Source: a virus (Duplodnaviria > Caudoviricetes). From it: DNA of 41,475 nucleotides. Shown piece after piece: positions 1 through 10,136 of the stretch. The stretch lies in the IMG/VR virus record IMGVR_UViG_3300037761_000092, positions 1-41,475 of that record. One strand, 5' to 3'. Under the pieces are notes generated by a model. That model did no database searches. It had not been told where the DNA came from and saw only the letters and a list, made by a program, of their open reading frames with translations. Position 1 is the stretch's first letter. Each line of letters opens with the position of its first letter. A program made the position numbers and the translations under genes.

Positions 1-127
1 CAAGCCCAAGCAGAAGCGCCGCTCCGCGCCCCGAAAGAAGAAGTAAGCCATGAGCCTCGTCGCCCTCGCCAGCGCCCAAGCCCGCGCCGGGTCAGCCGTC
101 ACGCAGGAGATGATCGACGGGGTAGAG
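1..127. repeat. 127-bp terminal overlap identical to 41349-41475 (circular assembly)
   Basis: caagcccaag...ggtagag occurs at both ends; the ORF 41164-41394 and the start of the 50-625 ORF are duplicated across the junction. Confidence 0.97.
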
Positions 128-625
128 CTGTGGCTGGCCGGCGAGATTGGCCCGCTGACCGGGGAACGGACCGAGACGTTCTACCTCAGTGAGCGCAGGG
201 ATCTCGGCATCGTCGACGGGCTGTGGCTCAGCCGTCGCACCGATAGCGTCACGCTGACCAACGACGGCGCCTCCCTGACCGTGGATACCGACTATCGGCT
301 CATCAACGGTCTGCTCATCGTCCATGTTCCAACAGGTGCAGGCTGGCTCGAGACGATGGTGGCGCAGTACACCCCCACCGACGAGGACTTGGTGATCGAG
401 GCCATCTACGACCTGCTCACCGTCCGCTCCCTGCCGAGCAACCTCCAGTCCGTCCGCATCGGGGCGTACTCCGAGACGTATGGAACAGGGGGATCGCTGA
501 ATCCGGTCGTGACCGGCATTCTGGGGCGGGTCAAGCCCGCTGTGCGCCTTGGAAGGTACGCCAGTCCGTTCCGCTACCGCCGCACGCGGGAGGACCGCAC
601 GCTCATCGAGGCCGTCGAGTCGTGA
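50..625 (+). CDS. head-tail connector/adaptor protein
   Basis: two ORFs after MCP and before the head-closure gene; SVRIGAYSETY motif typical of adaptors. Confidence 0.65.
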   Translation: MSLVALASAQARAGSAVTQEMIDGVELWLAGEIGPLTGERTETFYLSERRDLGIVDGLWLSRRTDSVTLTNDGASLTVDTDYRLINGLLIVHVPTGAGWLETMVAQYTPTDEDLVIEAIYDLLTVRSLPSNLQSVRIGAYSETYGTGGSLNPVVTGILGRVKPAVRLGRYASPFRYRRTREDRTLIEAVES

Positions 626-867
626 GCGACGAGGATTGGGAGTGGGAGGACGAGTCGGTCACTCTCATGGTCGGCTCCGCGCAAGCGGCCGGCGGAGCGA
701 TGGACGATGACGGCGACGAACCGCTCGACCTACGGTGGCAGTCGCTCTACGTCCCTGACATGACTTCGATGACCGGCTGGGCGGTGCACCGCGTCCGTGA
801 TCGCACTCCGCAACCACAGGCCCGCGCCCGACGCGTCGGGTTCCGCATGATGCGGAGGAAGCGATGA
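622..867 (+). CDS. hypothetical protein (acidic N-terminus, basic C-terminus)
   Basis: GTGA/ATGA coupling with both neighbours. Confidence 0.55.
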   Translation: MSDEDWEWEDESVTLMVGSAQAAGGAMDDDGDEPLDLRWQSLYVPDMTSMTGWAVHRVRDRTPQPQARARRVGFRMMRRKR

Positions 868-1205
868 CCGCCTTCTTCGGACTCCTCAACCGCACCATCG
901 CCGTCACTGGCTGGACCGAGACGGGCACCGATGGGGGAGGGCAATCGACCGGCTCCTTCACCTCCAAGGGCTCGGTCAAGGGCAGGATCGACCCCAAGGT
1001 CACGCCCGACGAGGTGAACGGCCCGGACCTCAACCCGGTTATCAGCGAGTACATCGCCATTACCGCCATCCCGAGCTTCACCATCACCGAACGCGACGTG
1101 CTCACCGCGGATGCCGTGACCTACGAGGTTGTGGGAGTGGCGACGCTGTACGGCCGCTCCACGGCCCATCACCTCGAGATCGACCTGCGAAGGATCGCGG
1201 CATGA
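864..1205 (+). CDS. head-closure/stopper protein
   Basis: 113 aa, TDGGG...YEVVGV...HHLEIDL pattern, synteny. Confidence 0.75.
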   Translation: MTAFFGLLNRTIAVTGWTETGTDGGGQSTGSFTSKGSVKGRIDPKVTPDEVNGPDLNPVISEYIAITAIPSFTITERDVLTADAVTYEVVGVATLYGRSTAHHLEIDLRRIAA

Positions 1206-1564
1206 CGTTCAAGATTCGTCGCTCGGGCATCGTCGCGCTCCAGAACGAGCTATCCGATGGGCTGGAGGCCGTGGCCGATCGGCTGCTGGCGGAGTGCCAA
1301 GCGAGGGCTCCGGTGGAGACCATCCGCGACCCTGCCTTCACGCGCGACACGCTGCACACCGACAAGACCCACTCCCGCGAGTGGCCCCGCCCAGCGGTGT
1401 TCGTGGCGACGGCATCGGGCGACGGCTTCTTCGTCCATGAGGGAACCGTGGACACGCCGGCCCAGCCGTTCATGTCCCAAGCGCTCGATTCGATCCAGCG
1501 CCAGATACCCTCCATCATCCGCTCCGAGACCAGGGGCCGCGAGTACGGGATCTTCCGACGATGA
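1202..1564 (+). CDS. HK97 gp10-like neck/tail-completion protein
   Basis: APVET and VHEGTVDTPAQPFM motifs, synteny. Confidence 0.75.
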   Translation: MTFKIRRSGIVALQNELSDGLEAVADRLLAECQARAPVETIRDPAFTRDTLHTDKTHSREWPRPAVFVATASGDGFFVHEGTVDTPAQPFMSQALDSIQRQIPSIIRSETRGREYGIFRR

Positions 1565-1746
1565 CAATCTCTTTGGAAGAAGTTGACGGCATGATTGACG
1601 TCGACAAGGGCACTCCACCGTTCGACTTCGGAGAGTTGGTCGTTGGTGAACCCGACCGGTTTCCGTGGTTGATGCCGGTTCTCGGTGGTGTGGCATTTGG
1701 GGCTTACATGTTCATGTTGATTCTCGGGAAGGCCCCCTGGCAATGA
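1561..1746 (+). CDS. small membrane protein
   Basis: C-terminal hydrophobic helix; ATGA overlaps on both sides. Confidence 0.5.
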   Translation: MTISLEEVDGMIDVDKGTPPFDFGELVVGEPDRFPWLMPVLGGVAFGAYMFMLILGKAPWQ

Positions 1747-2192
1747 TCGACGCCCACAGCGCCCTGCGGCTGCACCTGCTCGAAGCCTCCGACCTACGGA
1801 CGCTGCTGGGCGGGCCATACGTCTACTGGCCCGAGCTCCCTGCGGGTACCAGTGGGGCCGCCAAGCGCGTCGTGTTCCGCTTCAATGGTGGCTCGGCCGA
1901 CGACGACCTACCCCTGCATCGCTATACGGTCAACTTCCGCTGCTACGGCGAGACGGCCTATAAGGCGTTCGAGGTCTATCGCGAGCTGCACGACCGGCTG
2001 GTTCGGACGGGGCCGTTCATCGTGACCGACACCTTCCCGAACCCCGATGAGCATGTGGCCTTCTACAACGTGGCCGAGATCACACCGGGGCAGCCGCTCC
2101 AAGATCCGGGAACGGGCTGGCACTACACGTTCAGCGTGTGGAGCGCGACGGTTGCAACGACCGGAGTGGTCGCGCCTACGTTCCCGAGCTAG
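1743..2192 (+). CDS. tail terminator protein
   Basis: ATG at 1743 overlaps the previous stop; size, beta-rich pattern (YTVNFRCYGET) and position before the tail tube. Confidence 0.65.
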   Translation: MIDAHSALRLHLLEASDLRTLLGGPYVYWPELPAGTSGAAKRVVFRFNGGSADDDLPLHRYTVNFRCYGETAYKAFEVYRELHDRLVRTGPFIVTDTFPNPDEHVAFYNVAEITPGQPLQDPGTGWHYTFSVWSATVATTGVVAPTFPS

Positions 2193-2380
2193 GCGGCGGC
2201 CCAGAACGGGTCAAGCACCCACACGACCTGATTGCCTACGTCGATCTTGCGCCATTGGCGCGAGCCGGGATTCGGTGACGCGCCCGACGAACTCGGCTGC
2301 TTCGCGCAGTAGAGGAGAAAGCGCGGGTCCGTCAGCAACTTCTCAAGCGCCCGAATGGCGTCCATCTGTGGAGTGTACAT
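2189..2380 (-). CDS. possible small opposite-strand protein (63 aa)
   Basis: fills the gap between the terminator and the next gene; G-rich upstream; no homology recognised. Confidence 0.35.
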   Translation of the reverse strand: MYTPQMDAIRALEKLLTDPRFLLYCAKQPSSSGASPNPGSRQWRKIDVGNQVVWVLDPFWAAA

Positions 2381-2708
2381 GCTCCCCCCACCCATCCTCC
2401 CCTCGAATCTCGACGCCTTGCTCCGCCTCATCAGCAATGGCCTCGTCTACCCAGTCCCCGTGAGAGGCGCTAGGGCCGACTGTACGGCCCGCGAGACCCA
2501 TGACATGCAGTTGTGGGTGACTGGCTCGCTTTCGGGGCGCGACGTGCGCCTCAACAAGTGCGCCAACTGTGAAGCGGTCGAGGTCCGCGACGTGAGCCTT
2601 GACCTTGCCATCGGAGACACCCGTCTTTCGAGGCGCCCGCTGAATCGGTTACTTGGCTGGTACACCGGCCGTCGCCAAGCCAACCGAACTTACGCACGAA
2701 GCCGGTAG
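2379..2708 (+). CDS. hypothetical protein with C...H...CxxC
   Basis: ORF ahead of the major tail gene; start 2355 or 2379 uncertain. Confidence 0.5.
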   Translation: MLPPPILPSNLDALLRLISNGLVYPVPVRGARADCTARETHDMQLWVTGSLSGRDVRLNKCANCEAVEVRDVSLDLAIGDTRLSRRPLNRLLGWYTGRRQANRTYARSR

Positions 2709-2731
2709 CAACCGAATAGGAGGATGCGGCG

Positions 2732-3262
2732 ATGGCCGTTTCTAGCAGCACCGCGTCGAACCTCGTTATCGGGGCCGGCGATGTATTCCTCGACGGCTCG
2801 GATGTCGGGGCCACCCAAGATGCGAACTCATTCGCCGTGGAAACCGAGTGGACCGTCCCTGACCTCAACGGCGTGCCCGGCGAGCTCCAGGGCATCCGCT
2901 ACAAGCAGAACGAGACCGTCCGCCTCGGCGTGACCGTGGCCGAACTGACCGGCGCCAAGCTGGTCGCCGTCCTGCCCGGCTGGGACACCGCGACCAACGG
3001 CACGATCACCACGATCGACACCGACGACACCCGCCGGATTGCCACCGCCGACTACCACGACTGGGTTCTCCAGGTCGACGGGCTCGACGGCAAGCAGTTC
3101 AACTTCTACGCCGACAACGCCATCAACGAAGGCGGGTTGGAGATGGAAGCCAGCGACGATGGCAACCTGAACTACCGCGCCGAACTGATGTCAACCTGGG
3201 ACGGGGCCGACCTCACGACCTCGCCCTTCCGCATCAAGATCATGACGGGCATCTCGTCCTGA
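2732..3262 (+). CDS. major tail (tube) protein
   Basis: NLVIGAGDVFL...DVGAT motif, AGGAGG RBS, upstream of the chaperones and tape measure. Confidence 0.85.
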   Translation: MAVSSSTASNLVIGAGDVFLDGSDVGATQDANSFAVETEWTVPDLNGVPGELQGIRYKQNETVRLGVTVAELTGAKLVAVLPGWDTATNGTITTIDTDDTRRIATADYHDWVLQVDGLDGKQFNFYADNAINEGGLEMEASDDGNLNYRAELMSTWDGADLTTSPFRIKIMTGISS

Positions 3263-3876
3263 TGATGCAGCCCACCCCCCTGCGGCCTGACGATCAGGTC
3301 GCGGGGGGCTTCATTGCCATGCGCCTCGGGGGACAGTCCTTCGAGGTCAAGGTCCTGCCGATGGCCCTGTCCCGGAAGTGGCTGGTCGACGCCAAGGCCG
3401 CCATCGTCACTCTCAAGGGCACAGCTGAGGGGCTGGACTCCTTCGAGGACATCGCCGACTTCATCGCCGGCCAGTCCACAGCCATGATGGACCTGCTCAT
3501 CGCGTATGACGCCCTCGGTGACAAGGTGCTGCCCGAACGCGAGTGGATCGACACCACGGCCACCGATACCGAGTGCTACGACAGTTGGAAAAGGGTCACG
3601 GCCGCGACCAGCCCTTTAGCCCAGGAGGCGCTGCGTATCGTGCCGGATCTCATGCCGGTCCTGATCGACGCCTTCCGCAAGGCGGTGACGCGGGGGACGG
3701 CGATAGGGCTGATCGCTATGAGCTCGTCGAAGTCTACGAGTGGTTCGCCGCCGAGTACGGATGGAGCCCCGGTTTCCTCGCCGCCCACCTCACCGACGAG
3801 CAGTTCGCGCTCTACGCCCAGAAAGGCGCGACGCGTCGCAAGCACCAAGCCTTCGCCGAGCTCGACCGCATCGTAA
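3262..3876 (+). CDS. tail assembly chaperone (G form)
   Basis: between the tail tube and tape measure; contains an in-frame slippery heptamer. Confidence 0.75.
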   Translation: MMQPTPLRPDDQVAGGFIAMRLGGQSFEVKVLPMALSRKWLVDAKAAIVTLKGTAEGLDSFEDIADFIAGQSTAMMDLLIAYDALGDKVLPEREWIDTTATDTECYDSWKRVTAATSPLAQEALRIVPDLMPVLIDAFRKAVTRGTAIGLIAMSSSKSTSGSPPSTDGAPVSSPPTSPTSSSRSTPRKARRVASTKPSPSSTAS

Positions 3877-4085
3877 GCGGCACGTCATGGGGCGTGTCCA
3901 TCGCCTTTGACCACAAGGGCCGTTCTGCTCGGAAGTGGCAGGGCATCCGAAACAAGGTCATGCGTGACACCGGCCAGTCCAAGGGGCTGTCGGGTGCTGC
4001 GCTCGAAGCCGCCGTCATGGGTATCGCCTTAGCCGATCCGTCCCTGGTCAAGATAGAGCCGCGTCAAGCGGCAGGAGCGCCGTAG
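3262..4085 (+). CDS. tail assembly chaperone, -1 frameshifted (GT) form
   Basis: the -1 frame is open 3543-4085 and encodes YEWFAAEYGWSP...LTDEQF without a good start of its own. Confidence 0.7.
3612..3618 (+). promoter_or_regulatory. -1 ribosomal frameshift heptamer C CCT TTA
   Basis: X XXY YYZ in the correct phase (CCT begins at 3613, 117 codons after 3262). Confidence 0.7.
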
Positions 4086-4117
4086 AGATCCCGATTGTCG
4101 CCGACGCCGCGGTCGCT

Positions 4118-5932
4118 GTGAGAGGCGATCTGAGCCAGTTCAACCGCGACCTCAAGACGGGTGCCACCCAGGGCACCAGGACCTTGGGCGGGATGCTCAA
4201 GGGCGTGTTCAGCCCGCGCAACCTCGCCATCGCCGGCGTGGCAGGTGGTATCGCGCTGGCCGGGGCCATCACGGCGGGACTGGCGGATGCGGTCCGGGCG
4301 CTCATCGACATCGAACGGCTGAACGCCCAGACCGACGCGGTTATCAAGTCCACCGGAAGCGCGGCCAACGTCACTCGGCAACAGATCGAGGATGCTGCCG
4401 AGGCAGCGGAATCTGCGACGACCATTCAGCGTGAGTCGGTGCAGGAAGCCCAGAACATGCTGCTCACTTTCACCAACGTCCGCAACGAGGTGGGTGAGGG
4501 CAACGACATCTTCACCCAGGCCACGGATGCGGTGCTCGATATGTCGGTGGCACTGGGGACCGATGCCAAGGGCGCGGCCATCCAGCTCGGCAAGGCCCTG
4601 AACGACCCGATCAAGGGCGTTACTGCACTGACTCGCGTGGGCGTCACCTTCACGGATCAGCAGCGTGACCAGATTGCGGCGATGGTGGCCTCAAATGATC
4701 TGCTCGGTGCTCAAGGCATCATCCTAGCGGAGCTCAATAAGGAGTTCGGAGGTTCGGCCGAAGCCTTCGCCGGCACCACGGCTGGCAAGGTGCAACGTTT
4801 CCAGAACGATATCGGCAACATGTTCGAGTCCGTCGTGGTCGGCATCGTGGACATGGCGGACGAAGCCACCGCGGCCGGCGAGGCGGTCGGCGGCTGGGTT
4901 GTGGATCAGAAACTTAACTTCGGGGCCTACGGTGAGCTGATTCACCGAGTCGCCGACGACACGGGCTCGACCTTCCAAGAAGTCAAGGACCAAGTTCTCC
5001 GCAACATGCGCGAGATGGGAGTTGGGTTCGAGGAAGCGATGGACATGGTGCAGGGCACCGCTGCCACCACGGCCGAACGCCTGGATGGTGAGTTCCGCAT
5101 GATCGCGCAGTCGCCAACCGCGCGACTGAACGAGGCCATCCCGGACATCACGGCTTCGGCTAGGGCTGCTCTGAGCGACCCGATCATTGAGGCGTTGTTG
5201 GGCGGCAAGGCCGAAGCCGAGCGTATCGCGTCGGAGACTCCGGGCGGTATCGCCCAAGCCCTGTTGGACGCGCAGTTCAGCGTTGAGGACGCCGCGGCGT
5301 CGATCGCGCAGGCGATGGAAGACGCACTACACCCGATGATCGAGATGGCCCAGATCACCGGGTTCCTGTCGTCATCTGAGTTGGCGCAAGGACTCCAAAG
5401 CAACATCCCCGCTGTTCGAGCTAGGGCGATGGAACTCAAGGAAGCAGCGGAGGGTCGCTTCCGGGAACTACAAGCTGCGTCTTACTCCTATGGCTTTAAC
5501 ACCGGCACGTCATACGCCGCCGGCATGAAAGCCGCCTACGGCTGGGTTAGGGATGAAGCCGGAAATCTTGCTGCCGCGGCCCGTAACCAGATTGGCATTC
5601 AGTCGGAACCGAAGGACCACTCGTCGCCGCTGTACGGCATTACCAAGTGGGGCGGCAACATCGCCAAGACGCTGGCCGAAGGCATCAACAGCGAACTCGG
5701 CCTCGGGCGGTCGGCGGCGCGCAATCTCGCCGCTTCGCTGGTCCCCGGATTCGCTGGTAGCGGCGCTGTTCCGAGAATGGCGGGTGCCGCCGGGTCCGTG
5801 GCAGGGGTCGGCAATACGTACCACGTCCACCTCGAAGATAAGCTCCAGGCCCGCACCGTGACCGATATCGGCCATGCCCTGCGGCGTTTGGGTGAGGCGG
5901 GTCTGCTTCCGGGCAGCCTGACGCCGAAGTGA
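4118..5932 (+). CDS. tape measure protein (start may lie 4082-4094)
   Basis: 604 aa Ala/Gly-rich helical; AAIQLGKALNDPIKGVTALTRVGVTF motif. Confidence 0.92.
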   Translation: MRGDLSQFNRDLKTGATQGTRTLGGMLKGVFSPRNLAIAGVAGGIALAGAITAGLADAVRALIDIERLNAQTDAVIKSTGSAANVTRQQIEDAAEAAESATTIQRESVQEAQNMLLTFTNVRNEVGEGNDIFTQATDAVLDMSVALGTDAKGAAIQLGKALNDPIKGVTALTRVGVTFTDQQRDQIAAMVASNDLLGAQGIILAELNKEFGGSAEAFAGTTAGKVQRFQNDIGNMFESVVVGIVDMADEATAAGEAVGGWVVDQKLNFGAYGELIHRVADDTGSTFQEVKDQVLRNMREMGVGFEEAMDMVQGTAATTAERLDGEFRMIAQSPTARLNEAIPDITASARAALSDPIIEALLGGKAEAERIASETPGGIAQALLDAQFSVEDAAASIAQAMEDALHPMIEMAQITGFLSSSELAQGLQSNIPAVRARAMELKEAAEGRFRELQAASYSYGFNTGTSYAAGMKAAYGWVRDEAGNLAAAARNQIGIQSEPKDHSSPLYGITKWGGNIAKTLAEGINSELGLGRSAARNLAASLVPGFAGSGAVPRMAGAAGSVAGVGNTYHVHLEDKLQARTVTDIGHALRRLGEAGLLPGSLTPK

Positions 5933-6378
5933 CCACCGCCGTCGCGCCCGTCACGCTCACCTATGACGGGACCGATATCCAGGACCTCGAGGGCATCTTC
6001 CTCGAGATCATCCGCGGTGCTCCGGGCGAGCCTGCCGAGATCCGGGGCCGGGATGACGTGGCGCTGGGCCGTGACGGGCGAGTCGCTCGCAATCGGCGCA
6101 AGGACCGTCGCGTCATCGAGCTCGTCGGCTGGGTCAAGGGAACAGGGGCGACCGAGGCCACGCAGCGGGGTGATTATTGGGACAACCGCATCACGCTCGA
6201 AGGCGTGTTCGATTCCACTGCTACGGCTGTTCTGTCGGCCACGCTGCCGAGTGGTGATGTCTACACCATCAGTTGCCGCTTGAATCCGCCGATCCTATAC
6301 AACCAGGTCGTTCCCGCCTACGCCACGGTCTCGCTGGAACTGGAATCGGTCGACCCCGATTGGACGCTCGGCTCGTGA
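5929..6378 (+). CDS. distal tail (Dit-like) protein
   Basis: directly after TMP; GRDG...RVIEL...DPDW pattern. Confidence 0.65.
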   Translation: MTTAVAPVTLTYDGTDIQDLEGIFLEIIRGAPGEPAEIRGRDDVALGRDGRVARNRRKDRRVIELVGWVKGTGATEATQRGDYWDNRITLEGVFDSTATAVLSATLPSGDVYTISCRLNPPILYNQVVPAYATVSLELESVDPDWTLGS

Positions 6379-9300
6379 GCGTCGTCCAGCTCGACTTCTT
6401 CGACCGGGAAGACCTCAACGGCGCGGTCATCGACACCATCACCGACGAGGACACCTTCTTCGAAGGGTTCGAGATGCGGATTGCGCTCCGCGATCTCGGG
6501 TCAGGACTGCTCACCGTCTCGCGCCAAGGTATCTCGGCCGGTGCGCCGTTCATCATCGACATCGCCCGTTCCGAAGCCTTCGTGCGCGTGCTGGTGCCTG
6601 AGATCAGTTCGGACTACCTGTTCGGCTTCTTCCTCGACAGCCGCAAGTCGCACGTGCTCTCGCAGGACGAGTCGGCGGGTCTTGACATCGTGGTGGGCGG
6701 GTCGGGGTCGCTGTACTACCTGTCTCGTGGAATCTTCTGGAACGAGCGGTTCAGCGGGCTGTCGGGCTTCACGTTCGACGAGGCCAACGGCATCATCCGC
6801 TTCCCGGCGGGCTCGACTCCCGGTGACGTGCTGGCCTCGTTCTTCCAGGAGGACGCCGCCAATACCATCGCCGAGTTCATCCCGGCGCTGACCAAGGACT
6901 TCAGCGAGAACACCGACTCGGCCGGCAACGCTTGGGATGACACCTTCGGCGATGGGCTGGAGTTCGCGGTCGGAACGCACTACCTCCAAGCCCTGCGTAT
7001 CGCGCAGGAGGCGTCCACCGACCTCGATGTCATCATGGACCTCGGATCTCCGGGCTCTCCGCAGATGCTCATGCGGGCCTTCAACCGCTACGGCACCGAC
7101 CGCACCTCCACTACTTTCGCGGCGGGCAAGGTGCTGTGGAAGGCGGGCATCGACTCCGACCCGTTGTCGGGGAATATCCTCACCGGACTGGAGCAGGCGG
7201 GCTCCTCGACCCGCAAGCCCTCGCACGTCCTGGTGCGCGGCGCGGATGGCGTGTACCAGCGCGTCGTCAAGGGCGGCTACGCGGCGGGGCAGTTCACCAA
7301 GGCCGTTGCTCTCGATTACCCCAATGCCGATAGCGCCGGACCGCTGAACCAAGCCGGCCTAAGACTTATTCGGACGTGGACCGACCGCAGCGAAGGGCTC
7401 CAGCTCGAAATCCATCCCGGCTTCGATGAGCTGGTGGGTCGCTACATGCCCGGCCCTTCGGGCTCCAACGGGCACTTCTGGCTGGGCGACGACATCACCC
7501 TCAAGACCGGCGGCGACGCGGTTCACTCCATCCTCGACTACCACTACGACACCGAGCGGGTCACCGGCATTCGGATGGTGCTGGATGAGGCGGCCGATGG
7601 CTCCACGGCTGAGAAGGCCGCGCTGTCGTGGCACGTCGTTCCCGAGCTCAACGAGGTGTTCGGGACCGATGGCGAGCTGGACAAGGGCGGCGTCGGGATC
7701 TGCTGCGGTCCGAAGTTGTGCAGCGCCCTGACCCCCGGCACCGAGACGGTTACGCGCCTGTACCTGACCGACGACAACTCGGCCATCCAGCCTGCTGGTG
7801 ATGCAGCGTGGGACGTGGGCTCCCCAACGACCAAGAAGCTCAACCCGATCCACCAGGAGACGTATTCCTCGACGGCCAACTCTGGCAGCACGGGCGGTGG
7901 CGGTGGGGCGACCGTCGATGTGATGCTGTGGAGCGGCTCCTACTCGATGCCCTCGGGCTTGGCTGCCATCATCGCGGCCGGTGGAGCGACGGTGCGGATG
8001 CAGGCGCGTACCGGAGCCCGTCACGGCATCGGCATAAGCGAGGCCGGCCAGGACCTCATCGCCCAGATGTGCCTCCGGGTCACGGAGGGTGCGACGACCG
8101 CTATCCGTGGAACTGCGCTCGCCCTGCACTCCCTCGCGTCGTCGGCGGGGGCCGCCAAGTGGCCGGCGTCCGAGACCGTGCGCAACCGCGTATTCCCACC
8201 GACCCCCGCAAGCAACGTCCTGACTGCCGTCTCGGGTACCGCTGCGGATGACCATCTGCTGCTCGAGGCCGGCTATCGAAACTTCACAGTTCCAGTAGCG
8301 ACGGGCGGCACGCTCTGGCTTCGGGACCAAGCTGCCGCCGACGACTTGCCGGAGGACGAGTCAACCACCACGGCCTTCAACCCGTGGATCGAGGTTCGCG
8401 CTCTCTCGGCTGCGACCGGGTCGGGTCATCATCCCGATCTAGTCGGGACTTCCAGCCAGGCCGCCGGCTGCGATCACAAGCACCACGTCCTGTCCAATCG
8501 CGCCCCGACCGTCGACGACAATATCGACCAGGGCTACCCCGAGACGACGCTGTGGACGAACACCGACACGTCACAGACCTACTTGCTCACCGACGAGGAC
8601 GCTGGGACGTGGCTGCTGGTGGGGACAGCCGGAGAGCACACCCACGATGTGTCGGACATCACGAATATCTCCGCCTCCAGCCTGCCGTGGTTCGATGTCA
8701 CTGCCTATGGAGCCGTGGGCGACGGGTCCACCGACGACACGGCGGCCATCAACCTCGCCATCGCGGCGCTGAATACGGCGGCTGCCGGGGTTCTGTACTT
8801 CCCAGCCGGCACGTATCTCATCTCGTCGGCCCTCACCACGATCACCGCGCGGAGTTTGGTCAAGGGCGACGGGATGGCGACCTTTGGCGGCACCCCGGCG
8901 GTGTCGATGATCCAGATGACCGTCAACAACGCGGCGGTCCTGACCTTCACCGGGCATCCGATCAAGGTCAGCGACCTTGCCCTGTCCTGCACCTCGGGTT
9001 CGACGCCGGTCAGCGGCAGCATCGGCATCAACATCAGCAGCTCGATCGCCCAGAACCATTTCGTCCTCGAGAACGTCAGCGTCCGACGCTTCTACCGCAA
9101 TGTCCAGATCACCTCATCGGCCTATTCGCAAATCAACGGCTGCGTGCTCACTCGGGCCATCCAGTACAACCTGTATATCGACAACACTCTGGATGAGGAT
9201 CACGGCGACTGGTCGATCAGCGATACGTCCTTCCTCTCGGCGGGGGCCGCCCTCGATGCTCACCTTCGGTTCGAGGGCTCGGGCGGCGGGAAGGTCACCA

Positions 9301-10127
9301 ACTGCAAGTTCAACTGGGAAGACCACAACGACGCCAAGGCGGCGCATGCGATCGACTTCGCCATGTCGTCCGGCTCGACCGGCATCATCCTCATCAACAA
9401 CTGCTCGATCGAGAACATCAGCAGCCACTTCATCCGCATCGTGCAGAGCGGATCGGCGGCGCTGCACTCGGTACTCATCAACGGCAACCAGTTCGCCGAC
9501 TACACCGGCAACACCGGGCAGGGCATCTCGATCGTGGGAACGTCGGGTGCCAACCTGCACGACTTCGTGATCGCCAACAACCTGTTCCGCTCGAACACCG
9601 GCTCCGACCGCCACGCCATCCAGCTGACGAACGTCGATAACGTCACCCTCGTCGGCAACGAACTGGTGGACAACTACACGACGCTGTACTCGCAGTCGGG
9701 CTCGACCAACATCTCTGTCCAGTCCGGCGACCATGGCGACCTGGCCGGACTCACCGACGACGATCACACCCAGTACACCCGCAAGGACACGCTGGCCGCG
9801 ACGGGTGACACCTACTACGCCTCGGCACCGAACGTTCCCGCTCGGCGGCTGATCGGCACGTCGGGTCAAGTCCTCACCGTGGCGGGCGGAGTGCCCGTGT
9901 GGGCCGATCCAGCCGCCGCGGAAGGCTTGGTTCCGGTCGATGTCGGGGCCATCGCCTATGACACCTCGACCCCCGGCGAGCTCGGCATCACCGTCACGTC
10001 CGATTGGGGCGTGGATGGCGGCGTGGCCTATTACGACGACACCGGAGCCGCGGCAGGGGAGGAAGCCGCCTTGTTCTGGGACGCCAACACGGCCGAGTAC
10101 ACCGTCATTCCATTCGAGTTCCCGTAG
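6375..10127 (+). CDS. large tail-tip/tailspike protein with pectate-lyase-like beta-helix
   Basis: GTG 6375 coupled to the Dit stop; FDVTAYGAVGDGSTDDTAAIN...LYFPAGTY motif followed by parallel beta-helix repeats. Confidence 0.85.
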   Translation: MSVVQLDFFDREDLNGAVIDTITDEDTFFEGFEMRIALRDLGSGLLTVSRQGISAGAPFIIDIARSEAFVRVLVPEISSDYLFGFFLDSRKSHVLSQDESAGLDIVVGGSGSLYYLSRGIFWNERFSGLSGFTFDEANGIIRFPAGSTPGDVLASFFQEDAANTIAEFIPALTKDFSENTDSAGNAWDDTFGDGLEFAVGTHYLQALRIAQEASTDLDVIMDLGSPGSPQMLMRAFNRYGTDRTSTTFAAGKVLWKAGIDSDPLSGNILTGLEQAGSSTRKPSHVLVRGADGVYQRVVKGGYAAGQFTKAVALDYPNADSAGPLNQAGLRLIRTWTDRSEGLQLEIHPGFDELVGRYMPGPSGSNGHFWLGDDITLKTGGDAVHSILDYHYDTERVTGIRMVLDEAADGSTAEKAALSWHVVPELNEVFGTDGELDKGGVGICCGPKLCSALTPGTETVTRLYLTDDNSAIQPAGDAAWDVGSPTTKKLNPIHQETYSSTANSGSTGGGGGATVDVMLWSGSYSMPSGLAAIIAAGGATVRMQARTGARHGIGISEAGQDLIAQMCLRVTEGATTAIRGTALALHSLASSAGAAKWPASETVRNRVFPPTPASNVLTAVSGTAADDHLLLEAGYRNFTVPVATGGTLWLRDQAAADDLPEDESTTTAFNPWIEVRALSAATGSGHHPDLVGTSSQAAGCDHKHHVLSNRAPTVDDNIDQGYPETTLWTNTDTSQTYLLTDEDAGTWLLVGTAGEHTHDVSDITNISASSLPWFDVTAYGAVGDGSTDDTAAINLAIAALNTAAAGVLYFPAGTYLISSALTTITARSLVKGDGMATFGGTPAVSMIQMTVNNAAVLTFTGHPIKVSDLALSCTSGSTPVSGSIGINISSSIAQNHFVLENVSVRRFYRNVQITSSAYSQINGCVLTRAIQYNLYIDNTLDEDHGDWSISDTSFLSAGAALDAHLRFEGSGGGKVTNCKFNWEDHNDAKAAHAIDFAMSSGSTGIILINNCSIENISSHFIRIVQSGSAALHSVLINGNQFADYTGNTGQGISIVGTSGANLHDFVIANNLFRSNTGSDRHAIQLTNVDNVTLVGNELVDNYTTLYSQSGSTNISVQSGDHGDLAGLTDDDHTQYTRKDTLAATGDTYYASAPNVPARRLIGTSGQVLTVAGGVPVWADPAAAEGLVPVDVGAIAYDTSTPGELGITVTSDWGVDGGVAYYDDTGAAAGEEAALFWDANTAEYTVIPFEFP

Positions 10128-10136
10128 AGGTACGCC

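Noticed and set aside
1-127. Biological direct terminal repeat
   Set aside because: 127 bp is a common assembler k-mer overlap, and it falls mid-operon far from the packaging genes; treated as a circularity artefact
3586-3594. GGAAAAG as the chaperone slip site
   Set aside because: Not in X XXY YYZ phase with the zero frame; CCCTTTA at 3612 is
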